DNA of 63,852 nt, filler included, from Octopus bimaculoides (Eukaryota), in assembly GCF_001194135.2 (NCBI RefSeq). It is 14 parts of 14 records of this genome, joined end to end, with 100 filler letters (N's around TTAATTAATTAA, not from the genome) between each part and the next. Parts side by side here need not be neighbours in the genome. Positions count along the whole stretch, not along the records: positions 11,052 to 16,114 come from NC_068989.1; positions 16,215 to 17,563 come from NW_026334607.1; positions 17,664 to 44,718 come from NC_069007.1; 11 more parts are not named here. One strand, 5' to 3'. Every line of letters begins with the position of its first letter. Positions within the stretch are counted from its first letter, which is position 1. Of this stretch, positions 14,701 to 28,058 are shown in pieces. The position numbers and the translations under genes are program-made. The notes beneath the pieces are model-generated. The model ran no database searches. It was not told where the DNA came from and worked only from the letters and a program-made list of their open reading frames with translations.

Positions 14701-15324
14701 ATCGACCTTTAACTTTCTCTTGGATAACATCGGTGGCGTGGAAGAAGGAGGCTGGTATGCATGGGCAACTGCTGGTCTTCCATAAGCAACCTTGCCCAGA
14801 CTTGTTCCTCAGAGGGGTAACTTTCTAGGTGCTATCCCATGGTCATTCATGACCGAAAGGGGTCTTTATCCTCTATATCAGTTACTCTCAAACTTTTATC
14901 GTTCAGCATCCCTTTTTACTAAAAGGCGTTATACAAACGTCCTCTCCCTGTATTTATAAAAACAAACATCCAAAATTATTTTCATTAAATTGATGCTAAT
15001 TTTGTGCTGTGGATTATCGTCTATATCTTTATGATATTCCACCCATCATCTGCCTCTTTAGATATTTACATAGACTAGTGTCCTCTGTAAATAAAGTGAG
15101 GATTTATATATCAGATCTTGGCACTTCATCAGTCACTAATAATGGAGCTGAACTAGAGCAACCCTTCTAGGAAATTCTCCAATGGCTTCACTTTTACTTC
15201 TGTGCTTCCATTCATAAATAGTATTGTACCTTCTTTAAACATTTTGTTTCTAAGAAAAATCACAATGCCTCTCACTGGTCTGTACCCTATTCTCTCACTC
15301 ACCACATTATATATATATATAATT

Positions 15325-15626
15325 TTGAGGAACCAATTGAGATGGTGTGGCCATATTGTTCGAATGGCAGATGAACGCATGCCGAAACAGCTGTTTTATG
15401 GTGAGCTTGCAGAGGGGAAACGTTATCGGCATAAACCTAAAAAAAGGTTTAAGGATGGCATAAGGACTGCTATGAAGTCAATTGGAATGGCTCCAAAAGA
15501 TATAGAAGTCCTCGCTTCAGATCGAGTTGGATGGCGAACAAGGGTGTGGAGTGGAGTGAAAGCATTTGAAGAGGCCAGGATGATGCAAGCAGGGCTCAAG
15601 AGACATTTAAGGAAAAATGTAAAGAC
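15325..15626 (+). mobile_element. RTE-clade LINE ORF2 C-terminal fragment
   Basis: QLRWCGHIVRMADERMPKQLFYGELAEGKR...PKKRFKD; ends at gap. Confidence 0.88.
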
Positions 15627-16458
15627 NNNNNNNNNNNNNNNNNNNNNNNNNNNNNNNNNNNNNNNNNNNNNNNNNNNNNNNNNNNNNNNNNNNNNNNNNN
15701 NNNNNNNNNNNNNNNNNNNNNNNNNNNNNNNNNNNNNNNNNNNNNNNNNNNNNNNNNNNNNNNNNNNNNNNNNNNNNNNNNNNNNNNNNNNNNNNNNNNN
15801 NNNNNNNNNNNNNNNNNNNNNNNNNNNNNNNNNNNNNNNNNNNNNNNNNNNNNNNNNNNNNNNNNNNNNNNNNNNNNNNNNNNNNNNNNNNNNNNNNNNN
15901 NNNNNNNNNNNNNNNNATATCAATGACAAGAGAACAGGAGTTATGTAACCACCCTCATTAGTATGCAGGTGTTTTTGTTCTAAGAAGCAGTGTACTCAGA
16001 GCGGTGTGGTTATGCAACATCCTATAGCTGCCTTGATGGCAATTAAATTGAACTGCATCTTTAGTTTGGAAGGCAATTAAATACATACAGTTCGTTACAT
16101 TCAGAACCATATATNNNNNNNNNNNNNNNNNNNNNNNNNNNNNNNNNNNNNNNNNNNNTTAATTAATTAANNNNNNNNNNNNNNNNNNNNNNNNNNNNNN
16201 NNNNNNNNNNNNNNTATATATATATATGCATGTGTATATAAAACTATGTATATATATATATATAATTATATATATGTTTACATATATAGATACATATACA
16301 CAAGCGTATATTTATATATATATATATATATATACACACATTTATATATGTAAATACACACACACACTCACATGTATATATACACACATATATATGCACT
16401 TTATATATATATACACACACATGCATATATATATTTGTATGCATATATACATATACAT

Positions 16459-16494
<36 letters not shown>

Positions 16495-16934
16495 ACAGAG
16501 TTATATGTATTCTTTTAAAGATAAGTTAGTAGCTGAAGTGCAAGACAGTTGAAAGAAAATCTGAAGAGAAAAAGATCAGATAGTTACCTCCTCAGAGTCT
16601 GAATATTGCAGCTTCAAAACAGAGGGGAAGCAACATGTTATTGGGGGTTGAAGCCATGAAGAACTTTAACGAATAGCAATAGTTTCATCAAAAAAATATA
16701 TATAAATAGATCCTAGATAACAATAAAACATTTTGTTCACAGGATGACTAAAAGTGAATGTATATATATAAGTTCATATGAGACTACTTGTAAAAGAAAG
16801 GGAAAAACAGTTCCTGATATGTAATAGAGTTCTTTAAACTAAATTCCTTTTCTCAAGACCTGAGTTTCACATTATTCTGGTCGTCAGGTTACCTCAAGGT
16901 CATCATTGTGTGAACCGCAAGTCTTGAGAAGGTA

Positions 16935-16986
<52 letters not shown>

Positions 16987-17017
16987 GTGTGTGTTATACA
17001 TACATAGAGAGAAAAAT

Positions 17018-17059
<42 letters not shown>

Positions 17060-17522
17060 TGTGTGTGTGTGTGTGTGAGCTATAGAAAACAACAATGAAA
17101 GACTGTGAAATAAAGTAATATTGCATCAGTTGGATACTTTAAATTTAGAAAATGAATTCCATTTTGCATTGAAAATTTTGAAATTCTTATAAATAGGAAT
17201 ACTCTGCAAAATGTCCAAGTATTAATTGTAACTGGTTTATTTAAATTTGGAAATATTTATTAATAATCATTGAAAATGAACAACTATTAATTGATTAATT
17301 AATTATCAATTAATTCAGCAGAAACAGTTCTTGTTAGATTAGTTGTGTATTCCATGTGAAAATTTCTAGTGGAAATCTTTAACTTAAATGTATCAAGTGT
17401 CAAATGCATATCTTTCATTGTGAAGATTTGATTTCTTTTAAAGAATGTCTTTTACAAGTGGAATATATATTTTTAAAAGCAGAAATCATTGATAAATTGA
17501 TAGCTCATTGTCCTACAAGCAC

Positions 17523-17563
<41 letters not shown>

Positions 17564-17714
17564 NNNNNNNNNNNNNNNNNNNNNNNNNNNNNNNNNNNNN
17601 NNNNNNNTTAATTAATTAANNNNNNNNNNNNNNNNNNNNNNNNNNNNNNNNNNNNNNNNNNNNTCAACAAATTTCATTCAACAAAAACAATAACAATATT
17701 TAACAAAAACATCT

Positions 17715-17795
17715 TTAAATGATGGTCTGACCGTCTGCCAAGCAAATGGGAAGCAGTAATTGAGGTAGATGGTGAATATGCTCCGGAAGAATCAT
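17715..17795 (+). mobile_element. Mariner transposase C-terminal fragment
   Basis: RLPSKWEAVIEVDGEY resembles the LPxRWxxVxxxxGEY terminus. Confidence 0.55.
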
Positions 17796-18024
17796 TTAAA
17801 GACGTTTCTGTTACATGTTATTGCTTTTGTTGAATAAAATTTGTTGAAAAAAGCTGCAATAATTATGCACCGACCGAATACATACACACACACACACACA
17901 CATCTAAGAAGAATAACAAAATAAAGAGTACGAAGAAGAAGAAGGAGAATACAAAGAAGAATGAAAAATATGAACAACAAAGAAGTAAAGAAAAGAAGAG
18001 GAAGAAAAGATATGAAAGACATAC

Positions 18025-18107
18025 TTTATCCATTCCATTAAATCAACAGTGTCTGGGTCCCAGAATTCTTTGAGGTCTTCAAGTTCTTTATAGACACCTG
18101 GTAATAC
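18025..18107 (-). CDS. DPY19L3: DPY19L3-like exon 14 (VLPGVYKELEDLKEFWDPDTVDLMEWI)
   Basis: Matches recalled ELSELREFYDPDTVELMNWI; acceptor tgtttccag, donor GTATGT; 83 nt, phase 0 to 2. Confidence 0.93.
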
Positions 18108-19077
18108 CTGGAAACAGAGCAGTAGAGTACATAGATGTAGTAAGTATTTAGAATAATACACCTATGATGGAGAGGGTTCCAGCCGTGACCACCCTAGCTT
18201 TTATTCATTTAGTCATAATAAGACTGTATAATTCAATAATAGCCTGCTGTTTTTCTTTAATAGCAGAATGTAATTTAAAGGAGATTTGGCTGCTATTTTT
18301 AGCAAGTTGAATGACACAGGTTACATCATGGATTAATGCCTTCATTACCACATTTTTATTCAAATCCACTACTTTTGTTTCAATTAATTTCAAAAATGAC
18401 AAAAAATTTAGTAAAATGATTTTGTCATTACACTGTGCAACATGATTTTTGTTCTTGGGTACCAATTGTTATTTCCCGTTTGTCTATCCCGAGAAAGTAT
18501 GAAAAATGGCTAATATTTCCATCAAACTATGCTTTTGTTATGATATTTCTTCAAACCCCAATGAATCCCTCTCAGAACATGGCTATGATGCTCCCCAACT
18601 ACTTCTGCTCATCATCAGAGATGCTCATATTGTCAGCGACTAAGGGACATGCTCAAGTGGTTAAAGTCAAACAACTGACAAGCAAATCTGTGACATTGAG
18701 CAGAATATTTGCTATAACGATATTTCTGCTTCAGCACCTCGACACAGAATCTGTGTGAAATGTAATGGAAAATAGGTGAGTTTGGAAACATTATTGTCAA
18801 GGTGACAACAACAAAGTTTGAGGGAAATGGTAGTGATTTCGTTTGATTTCTAGATAGAAGCAAATAGAAAATAACACTTACTGACCAAAGACAAAAAAAA
18901 AAAAAGAAATTTTAATTTTGTTACACAGTGTTATTAAGCTAAGCCGGTGTATGGAACATAAATTAACAAGAGATTCTGATGGATGGTTTTAATTTACATC
19001 CCTTGAGTAAGTTTATGTATTATATGACCAGGGATAGAATTGGGTAGGTTGGAATCAAAATAAACAAGAGAACTTAC

Positions 19078-19134
19078 AGTGTAAAGAAGAGATGCCAGGA
19101 TACTTCCGATAACGAAATGACGAAACAGGAATAC
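19078..19134 (-). CDS. DPY19L3: DPY19L3-like exon 13 (VFLFRHFVIGSILASLLYT)
   Basis: Acceptor tattccag, donor GTAAGT; 57 nt, phase 0 to 0; TM segment expected just before the luminal domain. Confidence 0.75.
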
Positions 19135-19589
19135 CTGGAATAATAGAAATTATATTTAATTCTGATAGTTTTCATCATCATTTACCGTCTGCTTTCCATG
19201 CTGGCATGGGTTGGACGGTTTGACTGGAACTGGTAAGCTGGAGAGCCATACCCGGTTCTAGTCTGATTTGGCCTGGTTTCTAACGCTGGATACCCTTCCT
19301 AATGCCAACCACTCCAAGAGTGTAATGGGTCCCTTTTACAGGTGCCCCTTACGTGCCGCTGGCACAGGCCATAATTACGGTTTCACTTGGCTTGAGTCTT
19401 CTCAAGCACAGCAAAAATCTTATAAATAGAAGAAAGAAAAAAGTGAGACATACCCTAATACTGAAGCAGTCATTTATTTACTTGTTTTTCAGTCATTAGA
19501 TGGTCATGCCGAACTGCTAAGTTATGGGGACGTAAACACACCAGCATCGGTTGTCAAGCGATGGTGGGGGTACAAACACAGACGCACAA

Positions 19590-19630
<41 letters not shown>

Positions 19631-20924
19631 TATATAATATACATATATACGACAGACTTCTTTCAGTTTCCGTCTACCAAATCCACTCACAAGGCTTTGG
19701 TCGACCCGAGGCTATAGTAGAAGACACTTGCCCAAGGTGCCACGCAGTGGGACTGAACCCAGANNNNNNNNNNNNNNNNNNNNNNNNNNNNNNNNNNNNN
19801 NNNNNNNNNNNNNNNNNNNNNNNNNNNNNNNNNNNNNNNNNNNNNNNNNNNNNNNNNNNNNNNNNNNNNNNNNNNNNNNNNNNNNNNNNNNNNNNNNNNN
19901 NNNNNNNNNNNNNNNNNNNNNNNNNNNNNNNNNNNNNNNNNNNNNNNNNNNNNNNNNNNNNNNNNNNNNNNNNNNNNNNNNNNNNNNNNNNNNNNNNNNN
20001 NNNNNNNNNNNNNNNNNNNNNNNNNNNNNNNNNNNNNNNNNNNNNNNNNNNNNNNNNNNNNNNNNNNNNNNNNNNNNNNNNNNNNNNNNNNNNNNNNNNN
20101 NNNNNNNNNNNNNNNNNNNNNNNNNNNNNNNNNNNNNNNNNNNNNNNNNNNNNNNNNNNNNNNNNNNNNNNNNNNNNNNNNNNNNNNNNNNNNNNNNNNN
20201 NNNNNNNNNNNNNNNNNNNNNNNNNNNNNNNNNNNNNNGAACAAAACATTGAATTGATTCCTGTGCAGGTGGCACGTAAAAAACACCATTTGAGCGTGGC
20301 CACTGCCAGTACCGTTGGACTGGCCCTAGTGCTGGTGGCACGTAAAAAGCACCCACTACACTCTTGGAGTGGTTGGCGTTAGGAAGGACATCCAGCTGTA
20401 GAAACTCTGCCAGATCAGATTGGAGCCTGGTGCAGCCTTCTGGTTCCCTAGTCCTCAGTCAAATCGTCCAACCCATGCTAGCATGGAAAGCGGACGTTAA
20501 ACGACGATGATGATGATGATGATGATAAGTTGGAAGAATGTGTTGAGCTTCAATGTCCACTTTGGCATGGTCTCTATGGTTGGATGCCCTTTCTAGTGCC
20601 AACCACTTTACAGAGTGGACTGAGTGCTTTGATTGTGGCACCTGCACTACAGAGGTCACCATGTGGCTTGCAAAACCCTCTTCAACTGAATAGGACTACA
20701 GGAGAGAAGAGAAGGTGGCTTTATGCTAGGTGGTGAGGGGTTAAAGTATGAAAGAAGGGGCCAGAACAGAACAAGTTTCTTGCTGTAGAGGTGGCCATGT
20801 GGTTACTTATAGAAGTGAGGGTGGGAATAACTGGGGTGGAGCTGGAAGGACAAAAACAAAACAGTGGTGAGGAGGTGTTAGGGTGGATGAAATAGTGATG
20901 TCAATGTTACATGGTTATGCTTAA

Positions 20925-21144
20925 CCCTTTAGTGTTTAAACCGGCTGTATCCAGCCCAGATATTCTACACATTTTATGCTCAAACTGGCCAGAACCAGCC
21001 TCTCACACCTACCCTACAATGTCATTCTAAAAATAAGCAATTACATCTCTCCTATCTTGAAGCTACAAAATAATATCAGATAATTTTTTTTAAATGTGAA
21101 TAAATAAGGATTACTTTTGACAAATTAATCTGAACGCTAAAGTG
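20925..21144. mobile_element. piggyBac-type MITE, about 220 bp
   Basis: TTAA-CCCTTTAG...CTAAAGTG-TTAA. Confidence 0.75.
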
Positions 21145-21296
21145 TTAAAGGATAGGATGGTCACAAGCTGGAATGGCTTTTCAGAAAGAGCCGACCTAGG
21201 ATTACATAAAAACAAAAGCGGAGGATGGGGTGGGTTGAAAAGGGAGAAAGAAAGACAGAAAGGAAAAGAAAGAAAGAAAGACAGAAGTGAACTGAC

Positions 21297-21361
21297 CTGT
21301 GTGGAAAGCGATTTCTGGCCGAGCAAACAGCAAAGGACGATAATTGGATGTCGGAGATTTA
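21297..21361 (-). CDS. DPY19L3: DPY19L3-like exon 11 (KSPTSNYRPLLFARPEIAFHT)
   Basis: Acceptor tatctttgcag, donor GTCAGT; 65 nt, phase 2 to 1 fits exon 10; RPEIAFH resembles recalled KPETAYN. Confidence 0.78.
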
Positions 21362-21659
21362 CTGCAAAGATAGAAATCAAAGTTCTGAGAACAAGACTGT
21401 GCGTGTGTGTGTGTGTGGTATCTTGCACTTGTTACAGTTATTAGACTGTGGCCATGCTGGGGGCACTGCTTTGAAGGGTTTTAGTTGAACGAATTGACCC
21501 CCAAGTTCGTATTTTCTTTTTAAGCCTGGTACTTATTCTATCATTCTCTTTTGCTGAACCGCTCAGTTACAGGGGCGTAAACACATCAACACTGGTTGTC
21601 GAGCAATGGTAGGGGACAAATACAAACACACACATTACCATAATATTAGTGTGTGCGTG

Positions 21660-21704
<45 letters not shown>

Positions 21705-22429
21705 GTATGATGGGCTTCTTTCAGTTTTCATTTAGCAGTCTAGCGTATCCACTCACAAGGCTTTGATTGTGAGAAGACAGAAGACACTTGCCCAAGGTGC
21801 CACACAGTGGGACTGATCCCAAAACCATGTGGTTGGGAAGCAAGCTTCTTACCACACAGCCATGTCTGTGCCTACACACATCATCATCATCACCACCGTT
21901 TAACGTCTGGCTTCCATGATGACATGGGTTGGAGGGTTGACAGTATCGGCCAGGCAGAAGACTACGCCAGGCTATTGTATAAAGGATAAGAGATGAGCCC
22001 AGTGCATAACTGGTACTTATTTAATCGACCCCCAAATAGATGAAAGGCAAAGTCAACCTCGGCGGAATTCGAACTCGGAACGATTCTGGTAACGATTTTG
22101 CCAGCTTGCTGCCCTCAATAATAATGGTTTCAAATTTTTCCACAAGGGCAGCAATTTGGGGGAGGGTAGGGGATGAGTCGATTATATTGACCCCAGTGTT
22201 CAACTGGTACTTATTTTATCAACCCCGAAAGGTTGAAAGGCAAAGTAGACCTCGGTGGAATTTGAACTCAGCACGTAGCGGTAGATGAAATACCACACAA
22301 ATGAGTCTGCCAGCTCACCCACCTTTTCAATAATAATAATAATAATAATGATTGTTTCAAATTTCGGAACAAGGCAAGTAATTTCAGGGGAGTGGGGCAA
22401 ATCGATCACATCAACCCCAGTGCTCAAAA

Positions 22430-22860
22430 GTTGACCATGGCGGAATTTGAACTCGGAACATAAAGATGGATGAAATGTTGCTAAGCATTTTGCCCATGGC
22501 GGTAACAATTCCACCAATTATGATAACGATTCTTAGCCATCCATGCTCTCAGAACTAAAAAAAAATAAATAAAGTTGACCATGGTGGAATTTGAACTCGG
22601 AACATAAAGATGGATGAAATGTTGCTAAGCATTTTGCCCAGGGCGGTAACAATTCCGCCAATTATAATAATAATTCTTAACCATCCATGCTCTCAGAACT
22701 AAAAAAATATAAATAAAGTTGACCATGGTGGAATTTGAACTCGGAACATAAAGACAGACGAAATGCAGCTAAGCATTTTGCCCATGGCAGTAACAATTCC
22801 GCCAATTATGATAACGATTCTTAGCCATCCATGCTCTCAGAACTAAAATAAAATAAATAA
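22430..22860. repeat. 3 x 144-bp tandem repeat derived from a SINE C fragment
   Basis: Units start at 22430, 22574 and 22718 (gttgaccatgg.ggaatttgaactcggaacataaaga...). Confidence 0.9.
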
Positions 22861-22891
22861 ATAACATTGACAAATAAAAAACATGACTTAC

Positions 22892-23053
22892 TGGCGCCAT
22901 TTCTTGAAACAGGAGACCAGCATCAACACCAACAAGACCACGTGACCCACGGCATAAACTGGGAAGACGAAACCATTCGTTAGGCGTACAAACGTGTCCC
23001 ATTCTAGGAATCCAAATGCTCCATTGCACAGATAGAGTTGGGAGTCAAAGTCA
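22892..23053 (-). CDS. DPY19L3: DPY19L3-like exon 10 (DFDSQLYLCNGAFGFLEWDTFVRLTNGFVFPVY...CFKKWR)
   Basis: DFD..LYLC..AFG motif; acceptor cattctacag, donor GTAAGT; 162 nt, phase 2 to 2. Confidence 0.93.
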
Positions 23054-25303
23054 CTGTAGAATGAGAAAAGGGAAAGACATTAAGCAGGTGAGGGGAGGGG
23101 GACAGCAGCAAACATAGAGGGAGAGAGAGAAGGAAACATATAAGTATCTTTGTTTTCTCTTTTACTCATTTCAGTCAGATGACTGTGGCCATATTGCAGC
23201 ACTGCTTTGAAGGGTTTCTTAGTCAAACAAACTGACCCCAGGAGGTTTTTTTTTAAAGCCTGGTACTTATTTTATCAGTCTCTTTTGCTAAACCACTAAG
23301 TTAGGGGGAACATAAGCCATCAACACCAGTTGTTGAGTGGTGTGGAGGAGGGTGGAGAAACAAACAGACACATACACACACAACAGGCTTCTTTCAGTTT
23401 CCGCTTTCCAAATCCACTCACAAAGCTTTGGTTGGCCCGAGGTTATAGAAGGCACTTGACCAAGGTGCCATGCAGTGGGACTGAATCCAAAACCACGTGG
23501 TTGGTAAGCAAGCTTCTTATTTCTTTATTGCCCACAGTGGGGACAAACAAGGACAGACAAACGGATTATGTCGATTATATCGACCCCAGTGCGTAACTGG
23601 TACTTATTTAATCGACCCCGAAAGGATGAAAGGCAAAGTCGACCTTGGCGGAATTTGAACTCAGAACGTAGCGCCAGACAAAATATTGCTAAGCATTTCG
23701 CCCGGCGTGCTAACGTTTCTGCCAGCTCACCGCCTGTATATAGGGTGTTTGGGCTAAATTTGACAGTTTGCACATAGGGAAAAGAAAATACAAGATCCTA
23801 TTCAAAAATAAAAGTATTTTAAAAATTCCAAAAATAGCAATTAGATNNNNNNNNNNNNNNNNNNNNNNNNNNNNNNNNNNNNNNNNNNNNNNNNNNNNNN
23901 NNNNNNNNNNNNNNNNNNNNNNNNNNNNNNNNNNNNNNNNNNNNNNNNNNNNNNNNNNNNNNNNNNNNNNNNNNNNNNNNNNNNNNNNNNNNNNNNNNNN
24001 NNNNNNNNNNNNNNNNNNNNNNNNNNNNNNNNNNNNNNNNNNNNNNNNNNNNNNNNNNNNNNNNNNNNNNNNNNNNNNNNNNNNNNNNNNNNNNNNNNNN
24101 NNNNNNNNNNNNNNNNNNNNNNNNNNNNNNNNNNNNNNNNNNNNNNNNNNNNNNNNNNNNNNNNNNNNNNNNNNNNNNNNNNNNNNNNNNNNNNNNNNNN
24201 NNNNNNNNNNNNNNNNNNNNNNNNNNNNNNNNNNNNNNNNNNNNNNNNNNNNNNNNNNNNNNNNNNNNNNNNNNNNNNNNNNNNNNNNNNNNNNNNNNNN
24301 NNNNNNNNNNNNNNNNNNNNNNNNNNNNNNNNNNNNNNNNNNNNNNNNNNNNNNNNNNNNNNNNNNNNNNNNNNNNNNNNNNNNNNNNNNNNNNNNNNNN
24401 NNNNNNNNNNNNNNNNNNNNNNNNNNNNNNNNNNNNNNNNNNNNNNNNNNNNNNNNNNNNNNNNNNNNNNNNNNNNNNNNNNNNNNNNNNNNNNNNNNNN
24501 NNNNNNNNNNNNNNNNNNNNNNNNNNNNNNNNNNNNNNNNNNNNNNNNNNNNNNNNNNNNNNNNNNNNNNNNNNNNNNNNNNNNNNNNNNNNNNNNNNNN
24601 NNNNNNNNNNNNNNNNNNNNNNNNNNNNNNNNNNNNNNNNNNNNNNNNNNNNNNNNNNNNNNNNNNNNNNNNNNNNNATATATATATATATATATTATAT
24701 TGTCCATCCTGATTGTTGGTTGGTGTCAGGAAGGGCATCCAGCTGTAAAAACCATGCCAAAACAGACACAAAAATCTGGTGCAGGCTCCTGTTAAACCAT
24801 CCAACCTATGCCACCATGGAAGGCAGATGTTAAACGATGATGATATATATATATATATATATATACAGTCAAATCGTCCAACCCATGCTAGCATGGAAAG
24901 CGGACGTTAAACGATGATGATGATGATGATGATGATATATATATATATTGTTTGAGGTTCAATTCTACTGCACAGCCCCTTGAACAAGTGTCTTCAACCA
25001 CAGTCTTGCAACTGACACAGTTTTGTGAGTGATTTGGTTGAGAGAAACTGAAAGAAGCCCATTGCATGTGAGTGTGTATGTGTCTATGGTGGAGGTGTAT
25101 TTCTACTTGCAGCTCTTTGTTACATTGTCAAACAACAGTCGTAAAAGAGCATCTCTGCCATACAAGCAGTGTCTTTCGTTTTCAATCTTCTGTGAAAGCA
25201 TGTCTGGGTTGTGGGCAATGTTACCTCACTTGGAAACAGGTGGCAGTCAATGAGAGGGAGGGCTGCTGCCAGGTGAGACAATTAGCTTAAAGGTGAGACT
25301 TAC

Positions 25304-25377
25304 GTGTAAGAGCCGAGTCCAAATTTGGTGAGAAGGAACTTGAAAATATGTTCATCAGCATCCAATACAATTATAAC
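25304..25377 (-). CDS. DPY19L3: DPY19L3-like exon 9 (VIIVLDADEHIFKFLLTKFGLGSY)
   Basis: DEHIFKFL.KFGLG motif; acceptor cctgtttag, donor GTAAGT; 74 nt, phase 0 to 2. Confidence 0.93.
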
Positions 25378-25468
25378 CTAAACAGGAAGAAAACCAGAGA
25401 GATGCTGAATCTCAATATGTATACAGACACACTAATATACACACACACACATACATACAAGCATACAC

Positions 25469-25508
<40 letters not shown>

Positions 25509-26204
25509 TGATTAGGTTTTGCAGAACATCCAAGATGCCAAGCTGTGGACTTGAACTCAAAACCCTCATGAATGTGAAGCAAACAGCTTAACTACTCATT
25601 CATGCCTGCAACTCAATACATACACACACACACACACATACATACATACACACACACACACATAAATACATACACACACAAATATATATATATATAGATT
25701 GGTTGTCCAAAAAGTTTGTGCTTTGACTGAAACCACCTCATTTCTGGGAAGAGGGTATTTTCAAGTTAAAGGAAAGATGGAGACACATTGTGCAACAAAA
25801 TGGTTCGTATTTGTTTGATTAAAAATGCTATGGCAAGTATTTATTGACCTTTTTCTTTCCTTTAAAAATCAGCACGAACTTTCCGGACAACCCAATACAC
25901 ACACACACACACACACACACACACTTATAAAGGCAGTGATCTGGCAGAATGATTACTTTGCCAAGAAAATACTTTGCAGCATTTCTTCCAGTTTCATGCT
26001 CTGACTTCAAAAGCTGCTGGGGTTGACTTTACAGTCATTCTTTTGGGATCGATAAACCATCTGATTATTGAAGCGAGCTTCTTAACCACACTGCCATGTC
26101 TGTACCTCCATAGATCTAATTCCTCTTCACGTGGGTTCCCTTCAACGCAATGTAATTTCTGAAATACTGGGAATGAATGGAAGAAGAATTTACGATTCAC
26201 TTAC

Positions 26205-26309
26205 CTTAATCAGTTTGTTGATGGCTACCATCAGCACAAGCGATGCCAGGCTGAAGATTGAAACCTTAGACAATTGGTAAAAGCTGCCGCCCGCAGAAAA
26301 GAGGTAGTT
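26205..26309 (-). CDS. DPY19L3: DPY19L3-like exon 8 (NYLFSAGGSFYQLSKVSIFSLASLVLMVAINKLIK)
   Basis: Acceptor ttcatcctcag, donor GTAAGT; 105 nt open, phase 0 to 0; ends like recalled LNNIIK. Confidence 0.85.
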
Positions 26310-27227
26310 CTGAGGATGAAATGATAAAGAGAAGAGAAAATAGTAAGGTTTGGTCTATATTTAACTACTTGTCTGGTGACAGGAATAAAAGTAAGTACTA
26401 TTTTGGGCCTTAGAGCTCCCTTATGTCCAGTTACCTGGTTTCCATGGTATTTTAAGTGACCCCAAGATCATGAATTTCTCCCTGAAAGGGATGCTAGTCT
26501 GTGACAGAAAAATACATTTTTTTACAGTTGAGTACATGACTGGAGTAACATGAAACGAATTGCTTTGATCAAGAATACAATGCACCGCCTAGTCCAGGGA
26601 TTGAAACAATGATCTTGTAATCACTAAACACTCTAACCTAGGAAGCAGCCTGGAGAAAAGAGGGAGTTCTGAGGATGAAATAATAAAGAGGAGAGACAAA
26701 AAGTAAAGATTGGTTCCCTCCATAATTAGAGCTCAACACTTCTTTATGCAACTGTCTTCATCCATACATCATATGACCAAACTACTGTAGTCGTCTCTCT
26801 TGCACACAACATCTGATGGCTTTTATACCCAGTAAGAAGCACCAGATATACATATGGAGATAAGAAGTGCATTGTTATGCAGGAAAGAATATAAGAGAAT
26901 TTATTTTGGGGTTTGAAAATGCACATGAATCTCAAAACATGTAGTTGTTTTTAAATTTTGAAATAGATTTATTGAAATACCAAGCTGGTTTTGGCAATTT
27001 TTTGTTTATCAATTTAAAATAAATAAATAAATAGGGGGCTTAGGAGAGTTTAAAGTTACATGGGAAAATCTGGTAAAACATATTTAAATGATCAAATGTT
27101 CATAGAAATTTCAACAAGTCTCACTGAGTGTAACTTTAAACTCTCTTAAATCCCTTATGTATTTTTAACCATTGATAAACAAAAAATTTGAGATTCAAGC
27201 GCATTTTCAAACACCAAACAAATTCAC

Positions 27228-27276
<49 letters not shown>

Positions 27277-27278
<2 letters not shown>

Positions 27279-27668
27279 AGCGGCTGTGTGGTAAGTAGCT
27301 TGCTTACTAACCACATGGTCCCAGGTTCAGTCCCACTGCGTGGCACATGGGGCAAGTGTCTTCTACTATAGCCTCGGGCCGACCAAAGCCTTGAGTGGAT
27401 TTGGTAGACGGAAACTGAAAGAAGCCCATCATATATATGTATATATATATATATGTATATGTGTGTATATGTTTGTCTCATCCAACATTGCTTGACAACC
27501 GACGTTGGTGTGTTTACATCCCTGTAACTTAGCGGTTCGGCAAAAGAAACTGATAGAAAAAGTACTAGGTTTACAAAGAATAAGTCCTGGGATCGATTTG
27601 CTCGACTAAAAGCGGTGCTCCAGCATGGCCACAGTCAAATGACTGAAACAAGTAAAAGAGTAAAGAGT
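27277..27668 (+). mobile_element. tRNA-head SINE family B, full length; other copies near 1340, 2430(-), 4845(-), 19470(-), 21435(-), 23150(-), 31435(-), 37260, 55545(-), 56455(-), 62126, 63235(-), 63450(-)
   Basis: Head ggctgtgtggtaag...ggttcagtccc (A/B-box-like), internal microsatellite, tail gactgaaacaagtaaaagag. Confidence 0.88.
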
Positions 27669-28058
27669 ATATATATCATCATCATCATCGTTTAACGTCC
27701 GCTTTCCATGCTAGCATGGGTTGGACGATTTGACTGAGGACTGGTGAAACCGGATGGCAACACCAGGCTCCAGTCTGATTTGGCAGAGTTTCTACAGCTG
27801 GATGCCCTTCCTAACGCCAACCACTCAGAGAGTTGTCCCTAAGTTTATACAGTAGATTGGTTTCACAAGTCATCAAACAAATCAAGAGAGCTACGTCCTT
27901 AACGATATTCAACACTTGTATGACAGCTACATTTAATTATAACACACACACATGCACAATCTATATACCCCGCTGCCAAAAAAAACTCCCGCCAAAACCT
28001 TCCAAATATATCTATAGCCATGTGTTTAGATTGAACCGGTGACTACATGTTTACCTAC

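Noticed and set aside
15202-15948. 248-aa ORF as a host gene
   Set aside because: Informative part is an RTE ORF2 fragment; the rest is gap
16588-16611. 24-nt microexon candidate LQYSDSEE on the minus strand
   Set aside because: Phase 0 does not fit exon 14 (phase 2), no DPY19 similarity, beyond a synthetic join
22430-22860. Regular repeats as a possible CRISPR-like array
   Set aside because: Whole 144-bp units repeat with no unique spacers; SINE-derived, eukaryotic context, no cas genes
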